The notes below the pieces were generated by a model. It was not told where the DNA came from, searched no databases, and was given only the letters and a program-made list of their open reading frames with translations. A stretch of DNA of 64,000 nucleotides from Kiritimatiellia bacterium. Lineage in GTDB: Bacteria; Verrucomicrobiota; Kiritimatiellia; RFP12; UBA1067. Location: contig JAVEYH010000004.1 in assembly GCA_034003585.1 (NCBI GenBank), positions 16,488 to 80,487 of the forward strand, in the 5' to 3' direction. The position numbers and the translations under genes are program-made. Shown piece after piece: positions 35,166 through 42,940 of the stretch; the stretch's first letter is position 1, and the number at the start of each line of letters is the position of its first letter.

Positions 35166-36025
35166 TTGAACGCATTCCCGACGAAGTCTGGGCCTTTGAC
35201 TGTGAATGGGTGCCGGATCTGCAGGCGGGCCGCCTGCTGTACCGCCTGCCGGAGGAGCTGCCCTCCCGGGAAGTGCTGCGCGTCATGTGGGAACAGGGCG
35301 GCGCGACAGCGGAAAATCCGACCCCGTTTCTGAAAACGATCCTCTGCCGCGTGGTTTCGGTGGCCACGGTGATCCGGCGCGTATCCCGCAAGGGCGAGGT
35401 GCGGCTCTTTCTGCAGGCCCTGCCCGAAGCGCCCGATGATCCGGCGCAAGATGAGGCCCACATCCTGCGGCGGTTTCTGGTGGACGGCGTGGCGGCGCGC
35501 AATCCGCAACTGGTGGGCTTCAATTCGCGCAACGCCGACCTGCGCATTCTCACGCAGCGCGCGTTCGTCCACGGTCTGCCCCAACCGGCACTCTGCGGCC
35601 GTCTGGCGGCGAAGCCGTGGGAGAGCCTGGATGTGGACCTCATGGAGCGGATCAGCGGATTCGGCAAGACCTATGCGGTCTCGCTGAACGAACTGGCCAC
35701 GCTGTCCGGCATTCCGGGCAAGCTGGACACCTGCGGCGATGACGTGTGCGGCCTCTGGTACAGCGGCCAGCGGAAAAGAATCGTGGAGTACAATTGCCTC
35801 GACGCCCTCACCACCTATCTGGTGTGGCTGCGCATGGCCTATTTCTCGGGGTGTTTCGACGCCGAAGGCTACCGCGCCGAACAAAGCCGCCTGCACGCGC
35901 TGATCCGGGAACGCCTGCTCAACCCGGAAGACGCCTACCTGCGCGCGTACCTCGACGCGTGGCGCGATCTGAAACGCCGCACCGGCCAGTTGGACGACGG
36001 CGTCTTCCCGCCCGACGATCAGTGA
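35162..36025 (+). CDS. DEDDy-type 3'-5' exonuclease (RNase-H-like, PolB-exonuclease-related)
   Basis: ATGA overlap with the upstream gene. Exo I motif WAFDCEWVPD, Exo II GFNSRNADLRIL, Exo III YNCLDALTTYLVWL (YxxxD). Confidence 0.6.
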   Translation: MIERIPDEVWAFDCEWVPDLQAGRLLYRLPEELPSREVLRVMWEQGGATAENPTPFLKTILCRVVSVATVIRRVSRKGEVRLFLQALPEAPDDPAQDEAHILRRFLVDGVAARNPQLVGFNSRNADLRILTQRAFVHGLPQPALCGRLAAKPWESLDVDLMERISGFGKTYAVSLNELATLSGIPGKLDTCGDDVCGLWYSGQRKRIVEYNCLDALTTYLVWLRMAYFSGCFDAEGYRAEQSRLHALIRERLLNPEDAYLRAYLDAWRDLKRRTGQLDDGVFPPDDQ

Positions 36026-36798
36026 ACGCCGCGTTTGCTGGCCTGGAAGAACTCGACCAGCGTCCGGATCTCCGGCAGATCCGTTACCTCATATTTGATC
36101 CGCTCCAGCGCCTGACTGCGGTTGAGGCCCTCACGGTAGAGCAGCTTGTACGCCTCTTTCAGCGCGGCACGCACCTCGGCCGGAAAGCCCCGGCGCTGCA
36201 ACCCCACGATGTTCGGGCCGATTACGCGCACCTCAGCGCCCACATTGTCCGTCACCATGAACGGCGGGCAGTCCTGGCGGATTTTGGTGGCGCCGCCGAT
36301 CATGGCGTGCGTGCCGATGCGGCAGAACTGATGAATCCCGGTCATCCCGGAGATGACCGCGAAATCTTCCACCGTCACCTCGCCGGCCAGCGTCGCGACA
36401 TTGGACATGATCACGTGATGCCCCACGACGCAGCCGTGCGCGATATGGCAGTAGGCCATGATCAGGCAGTGACTGCCGATCCGCGTCACCTCGCCCGGTT
36501 TGGTCCCGAGATGCACGGTCGAGAATTCACGCAACACCGTTCCGTCGCCCACCTCAACGTAGGTGACATCCCCCTCCTGGTACTTCAGATCCTGCGTTTT
36601 CATGCCGACGCAGGCGAAGGGGAAGATTTGGCAGCCCTTGCCCAGCGTGGTGTGCCCCACCACATGCGCGTGCGCCTGCAGCACCGTGCCGGCCCCGATC
36701 CGGACATCCGGCCCCACCATCGCATAGGGTCCGACCTCCACATCGCTGTCGAGTTCGGCCCGGGGGTCCACAATCGCTGTCGGGTGAATGTTCGCCAT
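36019..36798 (-). CDS. lpxA: Acyl-[ACP]--UDP-N-acetylglucosamine O-acyltransferase
   Basis: ATG 36798 with GGAGGAA SD. Hexapeptide-repeat left-handed beta-helix (MANIHPTAIVDP…IGAGTVLQAHAHVVGHTTLG…). C-terminal helical domain typical of LpxA. Confidence 0.9.
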   Translation of the reverse strand: MANIHPTAIVDPRAELDSDVEVGPYAMVGPDVRIGAGTVLQAHAHVVGHTTLGKGCQIFPFACVGMKTQDLKYQEGDVTYVEVGDGTVLREFSTVHLGTKPGEVTRIGSHCLIMAYCHIAHGCVVGHHVIMSNVATLAGEVTVEDFAVISGMTGIHQFCRIGTHAMIGGATKIRQDCPPFMVTDNVGAEVRVIGPNIVGLQRRGFPAEVRAALKEAYKLLYREGLNRSQALERIKYEVTDLPEIRTLVEFFQASKRGVH

Positions 36799-36824
36799 AC
36801 GTTCTTCCTCCGTTGCTTCGGATA

Positions 36825-37916
36825 CTACAGGTTTTTGGAAAGGAGCCAGGCCGCGAGAGCCAGACAGACGCCGACCGGCAGCCACAGCAGCGCGTACGGC
36901 TGCAGCGCCGGGTACTTGTCCAGCGACTGCAGCAGGATCACGCAAAGATAGTAGGCCATCGCCACAACCAGGCTGACCGCCATGCCGACGGTGGATTCCT
37001 TGCGCTGGGTGCGGATACCGAGCGGCACGCCGATCATGACGAAACACAGCGACGCGAACGCGTACACGTAGCGCATGTGGTATTCGGTGCGGTAGATGCT
37101 GAGCAGCCGGCGCATCGCCCCGCGCGACAGACCCCGGACGTTACCGCGCACCCCGCGGATTGCCCGCCGCAATTCGCCGAAATGGAAATCCTTCTCTTTG
37201 CGGACATAACCGCGCCGTTTCAGCGCTTCGGGGATCACGTGCCGGAACCGGTCCGCGGAGGCCACTCCGGGGCGGTTGAACTCGATCGGGTCGACCCGCA
37301 CCTTGTACATCTCCAGCACGATATCGGCCCCGTTGGTGGTGACCAGCGCCTTCTCCGCACGGATCTCGCGGGTGAGGCCCTCCTGACTGTGATCAAACAC
37401 GATGAGGTCCTGAATCCAGTTGCCCTTCTTGCGCGCGAACCAGAGGGTCATCCGGGGAAAGTCGGTGATGAAGCGGCCCGACTCCAACAGATCCAATCCC
37501 ACATCCACACTGATCAGCGAACGCAGGTTACGGCGCACCTCGTGGCTGCGCGGCACGATCTCATGGTTGATGTACAAACCGATCAGCGTGCAGAACACCC
37601 CCACCAGCAGAGGCCATTTCATAATGGCGAGCAGATTCACCCCGCAGGCCCGCATGGCCGAGATCTCACTGTCGGCCGAGAGGCGGCTGAACACCAGCAG
37701 CGCGCTGACCAGCAGCGCGAGCGGCAGGGTGAGCCGGAGGGTTTCGGGGAACCCCACAAGCAGGAAGAGCCCGACCGCGCGGGGCGGCAGGCCTTCGATC
37801 ATGAGCTGCGTGATCCGGACCAGCAAACCGATCGTCATCACAAACGACAGGATCAGCCAGGCCAGCACAAACGCGCCCAGAAAGGCCTGCAACACATATC
37901 GCTCCAGAATCTTCAT
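36825..37916 (-). CDS. LptF/LptG-family LPS export permease (YjgP/YjgQ)
   Basis: ATG 37916 (MKILERYVLQAFLGAFVLAWLILSFVMTIGLLV…). Six predicted TM helices plus a periplasmic beta-jellyroll-like insert. A TATAAT sequence lies 7 nt upstream of the ATG, suggesting a possible leaderless transcript. Confidence 0.85.
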   Translation of the reverse strand: MKILERYVLQAFLGAFVLAWLILSFVMTIGLLVRITQLMIEGLPPRAVGLFLLVGFPETLRLTLPLALLVSALLVFSRLSADSEISAMRACGVNLLAIMKWPLLVGVFCTLIGLYINHEIVPRSHEVRRNLRSLISVDVGLDLLESGRFITDFPRMTLWFARKKGNWIQDLIVFDHSQEGLTREIRAEKALVTTNGADIVLEMYKVRVDPIEFNRPGVASADRFRHVIPEALKRRGYVRKEKDFHFGELRRAIRGVRGNVRGLSRGAMRRLLSIYRTEYHMRYVYAFASLCFVMIGVPLGIRTQRKESTVGMAVSLVVAMAYYLCVILLQSLDKYPALQPYALLWLPVGVCLALAAWLLSKNL

Positions 37917-37938
37917 GCCCGCTATTATATAGCACAAA

Positions 37939-37977
37939 AGGCCGCAGAAGAAACGGCTGTTTCTTTGCGGCCTTCCG
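37939..37977 (-). terminator. Rho-independent terminator of OmpA-like gene A
   Basis: On the minus strand, GGCCGCAAAGAAAC-agcc-GTTTCTTCTGCGGCC followed by TTTTGTG. Immediately precedes the lptF/G start. Confidence 0.5.
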
Positions 37978-38007
37978 ATCGCATCGCCCCCGCGGACGGC
38001 GGAAGCG

Positions 38008-39279
38008 TTACGGGTTCACATACTTGACCTTGTCGGCGTTGGTGCCCGCGCCGCGGATGTAGATCTCCACGCGACGGTTCTCGGGATTCCCGTTGACCAG
38101 GTCGGGCTGGACCTTGGGCCGGCTGTAGCCGTACCCCACGGCGCTCAGGCGCGACGCGGTCACGCCCTTGCCCGCCATATAGGACTGCACCGCCTGGGCC
38201 CGGCGCTCGGAGAGATCCTGATTGTACTTCTCGCTCGAACGCGTCCGGCGGTCCGCATGGCCCTCGATCACCGCCGTGGCCTGCGGGTTACGCTGCAACA
38301 CGCGCACGACCTGATCGATGTCCTTGAAGTATTCGGGCTTGATCACCGTGGTGTCATAATCGAACTGGATGTAGACCTCGAACAGCATCAGGTCATCGGA
38401 GGGATCCAACGGGTTGGTCTTGTCCTCGATCACCTCGTGCCCGTCCGCCACGCCGCCCTTGTCGGTGTCGCGGTCCAGCGGGCTGGTCTTGTGGGTGAAC
38501 ACCTCGGCCCCGTCCTTGAGCCCGTCGAAATCGGTGTCCGGATTGAGCGGGTTGGTTTTGTAGACCTTGACCTCATCGCCGTCCGTCAGCCCGTCGCCGT
38601 CGGTGTCTTTGTTGAAGGGGTCGGTCCCGAGCTTCGCCTCCTCTTCGTCGGTCAGCCCGTCGCCGTCCGAATCCTTGGGCAGGGCCGCAACCGCCGCCGC
38701 GCCCTCGCTGACACGGCTGTCGCGGCTACCGCCGAAACGGTAAACCACCCCGGCATCCACCGTGTACTGCATCTCATGCCGCTTATCGACCGACATCAGT
38801 GCCCGGCTGTCAGCCCGGAGAGAGAAGTTGTCGGTCAGATGATACATGGCACCCAGGCCAATCCGCGGCCCCGTCAGAGTAGAGCGGTCCCCCTCTTCAA
38901 ACACATTGCGGTCCGCCATATACACGGCCCAACCTGCCGAAAGGAACGGGTCGAATCGGCTGTACCGGTCGAAATGATACAGCGCATCAACCCCCAACCC
39001 GTACATGCGCTGCTTTTTCTGCGTCCAGCGCTCGTTGTTGGTCATGTTGGGCGCGAAAGACGCCTCCGTCTCCACCGACCAGTGGTCGGTGAGATCGTAA
39101 CCGAGACGCAGGTTGAGATTCAACCCCTCGTCAATCGCCTGATTCCCCTCAGGGAAAATCATTCCGATCCCGGGATTGACATACCAGCGGGGCGCATCGA
39201 CCAGCTCATCGGCCTTCACCTGCGAACACAAGATCCCAGCGGCCGCAACCGCTGAAAGTATCAGTCTTGATGTGCTCAT
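38008..39279 (-). CDS. OmpA-family outer-membrane protein with N-terminal beta-barrel, thrombospondin-type-3 Ca-binding repeats and C-terminal OmpA peptidoglycan-binding domain (copy A)
   Basis: AAGGAGGAATCGG SD. Signal peptide MSTSRLILSAVAAAGILCSQVKA. TSP3 repeats DSDGDGLTDEEEAKLGTDPFNKDTDGDGLTDGDEV…NPDTDFDGLKDGAEV. OmpA domain …EGHADRRTRSSEKYNQDLSERRAQAV…. Confidence 0.85.
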   Translation of the reverse strand: MSTSRLILSAVAAAGILCSQVKADELVDAPRWYVNPGIGMIFPEGNQAIDEGLNLNLRLGYDLTDHWSVETEASFAPNMTNNERWTQKKQRMYGLGVDALYHFDRYSRFDPFLSAGWAVYMADRNVFEEGDRSTLTGPRIGLGAMYHLTDNFSLRADSRALMSVDKRHEMQYTVDAGVVYRFGGSRDSRVSEGAAAVAALPKDSDGDGLTDEEEAKLGTDPFNKDTDGDGLTDGDEVKVYKTNPLNPDTDFDGLKDGAEVFTHKTSPLDRDTDKGGVADGHEVIEDKTNPLDPSDDLMLFEVYIQFDYDTTVIKPEYFKDIDQVVRVLQRNPQATAVIEGHADRRTRSSEKYNQDLSERRAQAVQSYMAGKGVTASRLSAVGYGYSRPKVQPDLVNGNPENRRVEIYIRGAGTNADKVKYVNP

Positions 39280-39366
39280 CCGATTCCTCCTTATAGTCCA
39301 AAGTTGAAATGAGTTTACCGGAAGCGGGAGCGTGACGCAACAAGAATCGGATTACATGACATTCTT

Positions 39367-39429
39367 TTAAGATTGCGCCCATGCCGCGTCCACAACGGCC
39401 TGCACCACACATCGCTCCAGAATCTTCAT
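39367..39429 (-). pseudogene. Truncated, diverged 5' fragment of lptF/G carried along in the tandem duplication
   Basis: 20 codons. The first 6 aa are identical to the intact lptF/G N-terminus, then mismatches and a TAA stop. Confidence 0.6.
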
Positions 39430-40990
39430 GGGCGCTGTTATATAACAAAAAGGGCCGCAGAAGAAACGGCGGTTTCTCTGCGGCCTTCCGATCGCGACGT
39501 TCCCGCGTGCGGCGGAAGCGTTACGGGGTCACATACTTGACCTTGTCCGCGTTGGTGCCCGCGCCGCGGATGTAGATCTCCACACGGCGGTTCTCGGGGT
39601 TCCCGTTGACCAGATCGGGCTGGACCTTGGGACGGCTGTAGCCGTACCCCACCGCGCTCAGGCGCGACGGGGTCACGCCCTTGCCCGCCATGTAGGACTG
39701 CACCGCCTGGGCCCGGCGCTCGGAGAGATCCTGATTGTACTTCTCGCTCGAACGCGTCCGGCGGTCCGCATGGCCCTCGATCACCGCCGTGGCCTGCGGG
39801 TTGCGCTGCAGCACGCGCACGACCTGGTCGATGTCCTTGAAGTATTCGGGCTTGACCACCGTGGTGTCATAATCGAACTGGATGTAGACCTCGAACAGCA
39901 TCAGGTCGTCGGAGGGGTCCAGCGGGTTGGTCTTGTCCTCGATCACCTCGTGCCCGTCCGCCACGCCGCCCTTGTCGGTGTCGCGGTCCAGCGGGTTGGT
40001 CTTGTAGGTGAACACCTCGGCCCCGTCCTTGAGCCCGTCGAAATCGGTGTCCGGATTGAGCGGGTTGGTCTTGTAGACGTTGACCTCATCGCCATCCGTC
40101 AACCCGTCGCCGTCGGTGTCCTTGTTGAAGGGGTCGGTCCCCCGTTTCGCCTCCTCGTCGTCGGTCAGCCCGTCGCCGTCCGAGTCCTTGGGCAGGGCCG
40201 CCACCGCCGCGGCGCTCGCCGCCGCCGCACCCGCCGCGCCGCCGCCGAAGCGGTAAGCGACGCCGGCATCCGCCGTGTAGATGAATTCGCAGGTCTGATC
40301 CAGCGCCATGAAGGCCCGCGTATCCGCACGCAGCGACCAGCGGTCATTCAGGTGATACATGAGGCCCGCGCCCAGGCGCGGGCCGACCACGCTGTACTCG
40401 CTGCCTTCGCAGAACACATTGTCATTCGCGCGATAATAACCGAAACCGGCGGCCAGATAGGGGTCGAGCCGGTTATACCGGTCGAAGTGGTACAGCCCGT
40501 CCACAAACAGGCCGCGCACACTCTGTCCGCCGAGCCCGTCCTCCGAACCGGAGGAACCCACGCCGGGCCACCAGCATCCGTCTCTGCATCCTCCGTCCCA
40601 ACCGCCTCCCGCGCCGCCGTCATCCCGTCCGTCCCGCCCGTTGCTGGTGATGTTGGGCGCCCAGGAGACCCCGCCTTCAACCGACCAGTGCTCGGACAGA
40701 TCATACCCCAACCGCAACAGCAGGTTCAGACCCTCATCCACCGGCTGGTTGCCCTCGAAGAACATCATGCCGACACCCGGGCTCACATACCAGCGGGGCG
40801 CATCGGTCCACTCCTCGGCCTTCCCCTGTGAACACGCGATCCCAACGGCCGCAACCGTTGAAAGCATCCGTCTTGCTTTGCTCATCCGATTCCTCCTTCA
40901 TGTTCTAAGGTCATGGCTACTTTACCGGAATCGGAAGCGCGACGCAACAAGAACCGGATTACATGACATTTTTTTAAGATTGCGCCCATG
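39385..40990. repeat. Tandem duplication unit B (paralogous copy; contains a decayed lptF/G 5' fragment at 39367..39429 on the minus strand)
   Basis: Minus-strand fragment ATGAAGATTCTGGAGCGATGTGTG…TAA encodes MKILERCVVQAVVDAAWAQS*, against MKILERYVLQAFLGAFVLAW in the intact gene. The terminator hairpin copy is at 39447..39490. Confidence 0.7.
39521..40885 (-). CDS. OmpA-family outer-membrane protein with TSP3 repeats (copy B; carries an extra Gly/Asp-rich insertion)
   Basis: Signal peptide MSKARRMLSTVAAVGIACSQGKA. Insertion NITSNGRDGRDDGGAGGGWDGGCRDGCWWPGVGSSGSEDGLGG is absent from copy A. The TSP3 and OmpA domains are near-identical to copy A. Confidence 0.85.
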   Translation of the reverse strand: MSKARRMLSTVAAVGIACSQGKAEEWTDAPRWYVSPGVGMMFFEGNQPVDEGLNLLLRLGYDLSEHWSVEGGVSWAPNITSNGRDGRDDGGAGGGWDGGCRDGCWWPGVGSSGSEDGLGGQSVRGLFVDGLYHFDRYNRLDPYLAAGFGYYRANDNVFCEGSEYSVVGPRLGAGLMYHLNDRWSLRADTRAFMALDQTCEFIYTADAGVAYRFGGGAAGAAAASAAAVAALPKDSDGDGLTDDEEAKRGTDPFNKDTDGDGLTDGDEVNVYKTNPLNPDTDFDGLKDGAEVFTYKTNPLDRDTDKGGVADGHEVIEDKTNPLDPSDDLMLFEVYIQFDYDTTVVKPEYFKDIDQVVRVLQRNPQATAVIEGHADRRTRSSEKYNQDLSERRAQAVQSYMAGKGVTPSRLSAVGYGYSRPKVQPDLVNGNPENRRVEIYIRGAGTNADKVKYVTP

Positions 40991-41010
40991 CCGCGACGCA
41001 AACGGGATTC

Positions 41011-41055
41011 CCGGAAAAAAATACGGCCCGCCACGTTCCCCCGTGGCGGGCCCGC
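41011..41055 (-). terminator. Rho-independent terminator (perfect 12-bp stem + U7) ending the lnt operon
   Basis: + strand aaaaaaatac-GGCCCGCCACG-ttccc-CCGTGGCGGGCCC. On the minus strand the hairpin is followed by UAUUUUUUU. Confidence 0.6.
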
Positions 41056-41230
41056 ATCCTTGCGGACACAAGCCCCGCATGAGTCTGCGTGCTTCTGTAC
41101 GCACCCCGAATGTCCGAACCTGGCGTTCTCTAGCGCGGGAAAGGGCTGCTTTCCGGCGTCGGAACACTGGGCGAGCGTAGCGCATGCCCAGTTCGCGTTC
41201 TATTATGCAACCCTCATGCCAACCGGCGCG

Positions 41231-42940
41231 TCAGAAGTCCCAAACCCGTTCGGCGGGCTTTTTCGCAGACGCGAAGGCACAGACGGCCCGACCTCCGGCG
41301 CTCAGAACGGCCTGCCCGTCTCCCGTGGTCAGACGCAGGGGGCCGCACCCCCGGTGGCGCAGCACAGCAGCCGTCAACAGTGCCTTTTCCAACCCGTCCC
41401 CGCGCCGGTAGTTCCACACCTCATCGGGTTGCGCGAGCCGCGCGGCCCCGTCGTAGATGGAGTCCCCGGGCCAGGCGGCGAGCCGCGCGACCAGTTCGCT
41501 TTCCGACAGTCCTGCGGCACCCGTCAGGCTCACCGGGTTCCGCTCCAGCGCGGCCTTGACAAACGGGGCGTACGGCGTGCGGGTCAGGTCGCGCCAGACG
41601 TAAAAGGCCAGATCGGCGGCGGGGTTGACCTCCCGCAAAGCCTCCACCCGCGCAATCACCTCCCCGCGCGTCAGATCCACCGGCAGCAGAACCGGCGGCG
41701 GGCCGTTCTCAAACGTCACGCCCGCGGCATCCGGCAACCGCGGCGCCGTGTGGCAAAAACGCTTCAACTGCTCGACCATGTCGGCCGCGCTCATGCAGGC
41801 GTCGCCGATGGCGTCGCGCAGCGCCTGCAGGTCTTCGGGCCGGTCCAGATCGATGGCGCGCTCGCGCACAAACGCCTCGATGTCGTTCAGCACGATCTTA
41901 CACGGGCAGCACGAGGCCGCAAAGGTCTCCATCGGGATCATGGCCAGCAATTTATCGCGCGTGGCGTCCGTGACCTTGTACGGGCACTCCTGCTCAAACC
42001 GGAAGGCCTGCTCCAGCGCCAGATAGCGATTCACCCCGTGAACCGGCCAGCGCACCACGAAACACTGCCGGCACTGCGGATCCTGCCGCAGGAAATTACC
42101 CAGAATCTCCGGCGTGAGCGGAGTCTTCAGATACGCGCGCAACCCGGCGGCGAACCGCCCGTACGCTTCGGACGCGATCGTGGCGCGCGGGTAGAGCATG
42201 TGGATCCAGCCCGTGGAGTGCGAGACGATCGTCACCCGTTCGTTCTCCAGCGCCCGGCGCGCCTGGCCCGAAATCTGGGTGCCGTTGAACCACATCGCTT
42301 TGGTCACCAGCCGCCGGTTGTTGATGAGCACGCCGTCGTCCACCTCCACGAAATTCTGGGAGTGCAGGGGCGTGGCCATCAGAAACACCTTCTCCAGCGG
42401 CAGGCCCGCCACCACATACAGCGCCGCGGCGTAGAGCGCGGCCAGCGAGACACACTCGCCCGCACCGGTGGCGTACCCCTCACGGTACCGGAACGCGTCC
42501 ATGGCCTCGATCGTCTCGGTCTTCCAGTAGGGGATCACCTCCGAGGCGTATTTGTCCAGGCCGAAATGGGTGCGGATGTCGATGTCGAAGTAGTAGGTGT
42601 CGCCCTGATAGCCGAACAGCGCGTTGGACTGCGCGATCACCTCGGGCGCGAGGAACCCGGCGAACCGATCGAGCTCGCGGCGCTGATCGGTCAGCCCCCA
42701 CGTCTCCAAATCCAGATTGAACACGTAGTGGTCCATGATGTACTGCTTCAGGCGCAGCAGCCTGCGGTAGGGCTTCATCTTGCGGATCCCCTTGAACCAA
42801 GGATCCTCGCGCCACTGCCAGAGGCGCGGCGACATGATGTTCGCCAGCACCAGGCTGTACATCAGCTCCGGAAAAACGAAAATCTCCATGTCGGACAACG
42901 TGACGGCCGACGAATACCGCTCCAGTTCCTCCCGGGTCAT
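41231..42940 (-). CDS. Hypothetical protein co-transcribed with lnt (possible transglutaminase-like/papain-fold Cys-His-Asp hydrolase; tentative)
   Basis: ATG 42940 (MTREELERYSSAVTL…) overlaps the lnt stop (ATGA). Motif YATGAGECVSLAALYAAALYVVAG. No signal peptide. The track ORF start at 43279 lies in the Gly/Arg-rich antisense of lnt and is rejected. Confidence 0.5.
   Translation of the reverse strand: MTREELERYSSAVTLSDMEIFVFPELMYSLVLANIMSPRLWQWREDPWFKGIRKMKPYRRLLRLKQYIMDHYVFNLDLETWGLTDQRRELDRFAGFLAPEVIAQSNALFGYQGDTYYFDIDIRTHFGLDKYASEVIPYWKTETIEAMDAFRYREGYATGAGECVSLAALYAAALYVVAGLPLEKVFLMATPLHSQNFVEVDDGVLINNRRLVTKAMWFNGTQISGQARRALENERVTIVSHSTGWIHMLYPRATIASEAYGRFAAGLRAYLKTPLTPEILGNFLRQDPQCRQCFVVRWPVHGVNRYLALEQAFRFEQECPYKVTDATRDKLLAMIPMETFAASCCPCKIVLNDIEAFVRERAIDLDRPEDLQALRDAIGDACMSAADMVEQLKRFCHTAPRLPDAAGVTFENGPPPVLLPVDLTRGEVIARVEALREVNPAADLAFYVWRDLTRTPYAPFVKAALERNPVSLTGAAGLSESELVARLAAWPGDSIYDGAARLAQPDEVWNYRRGDGLEKALLTAAVLRHRGCGPLRLTTGDGQAVLSAGGRAVCAFASAKKPAERVWDF

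Larger units (their letters stand above)
37872..39384. repeat. Tandem duplication unit A (~1.5 kb): lptF/G 5' end + terminator + OmpA/TSP3 gene + its upstream region
   Basis: Collinear with 39385..40990. Flanks are near-identical and the coding region is diverged. Junction at 39384/39385. Confidence 0.75.
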
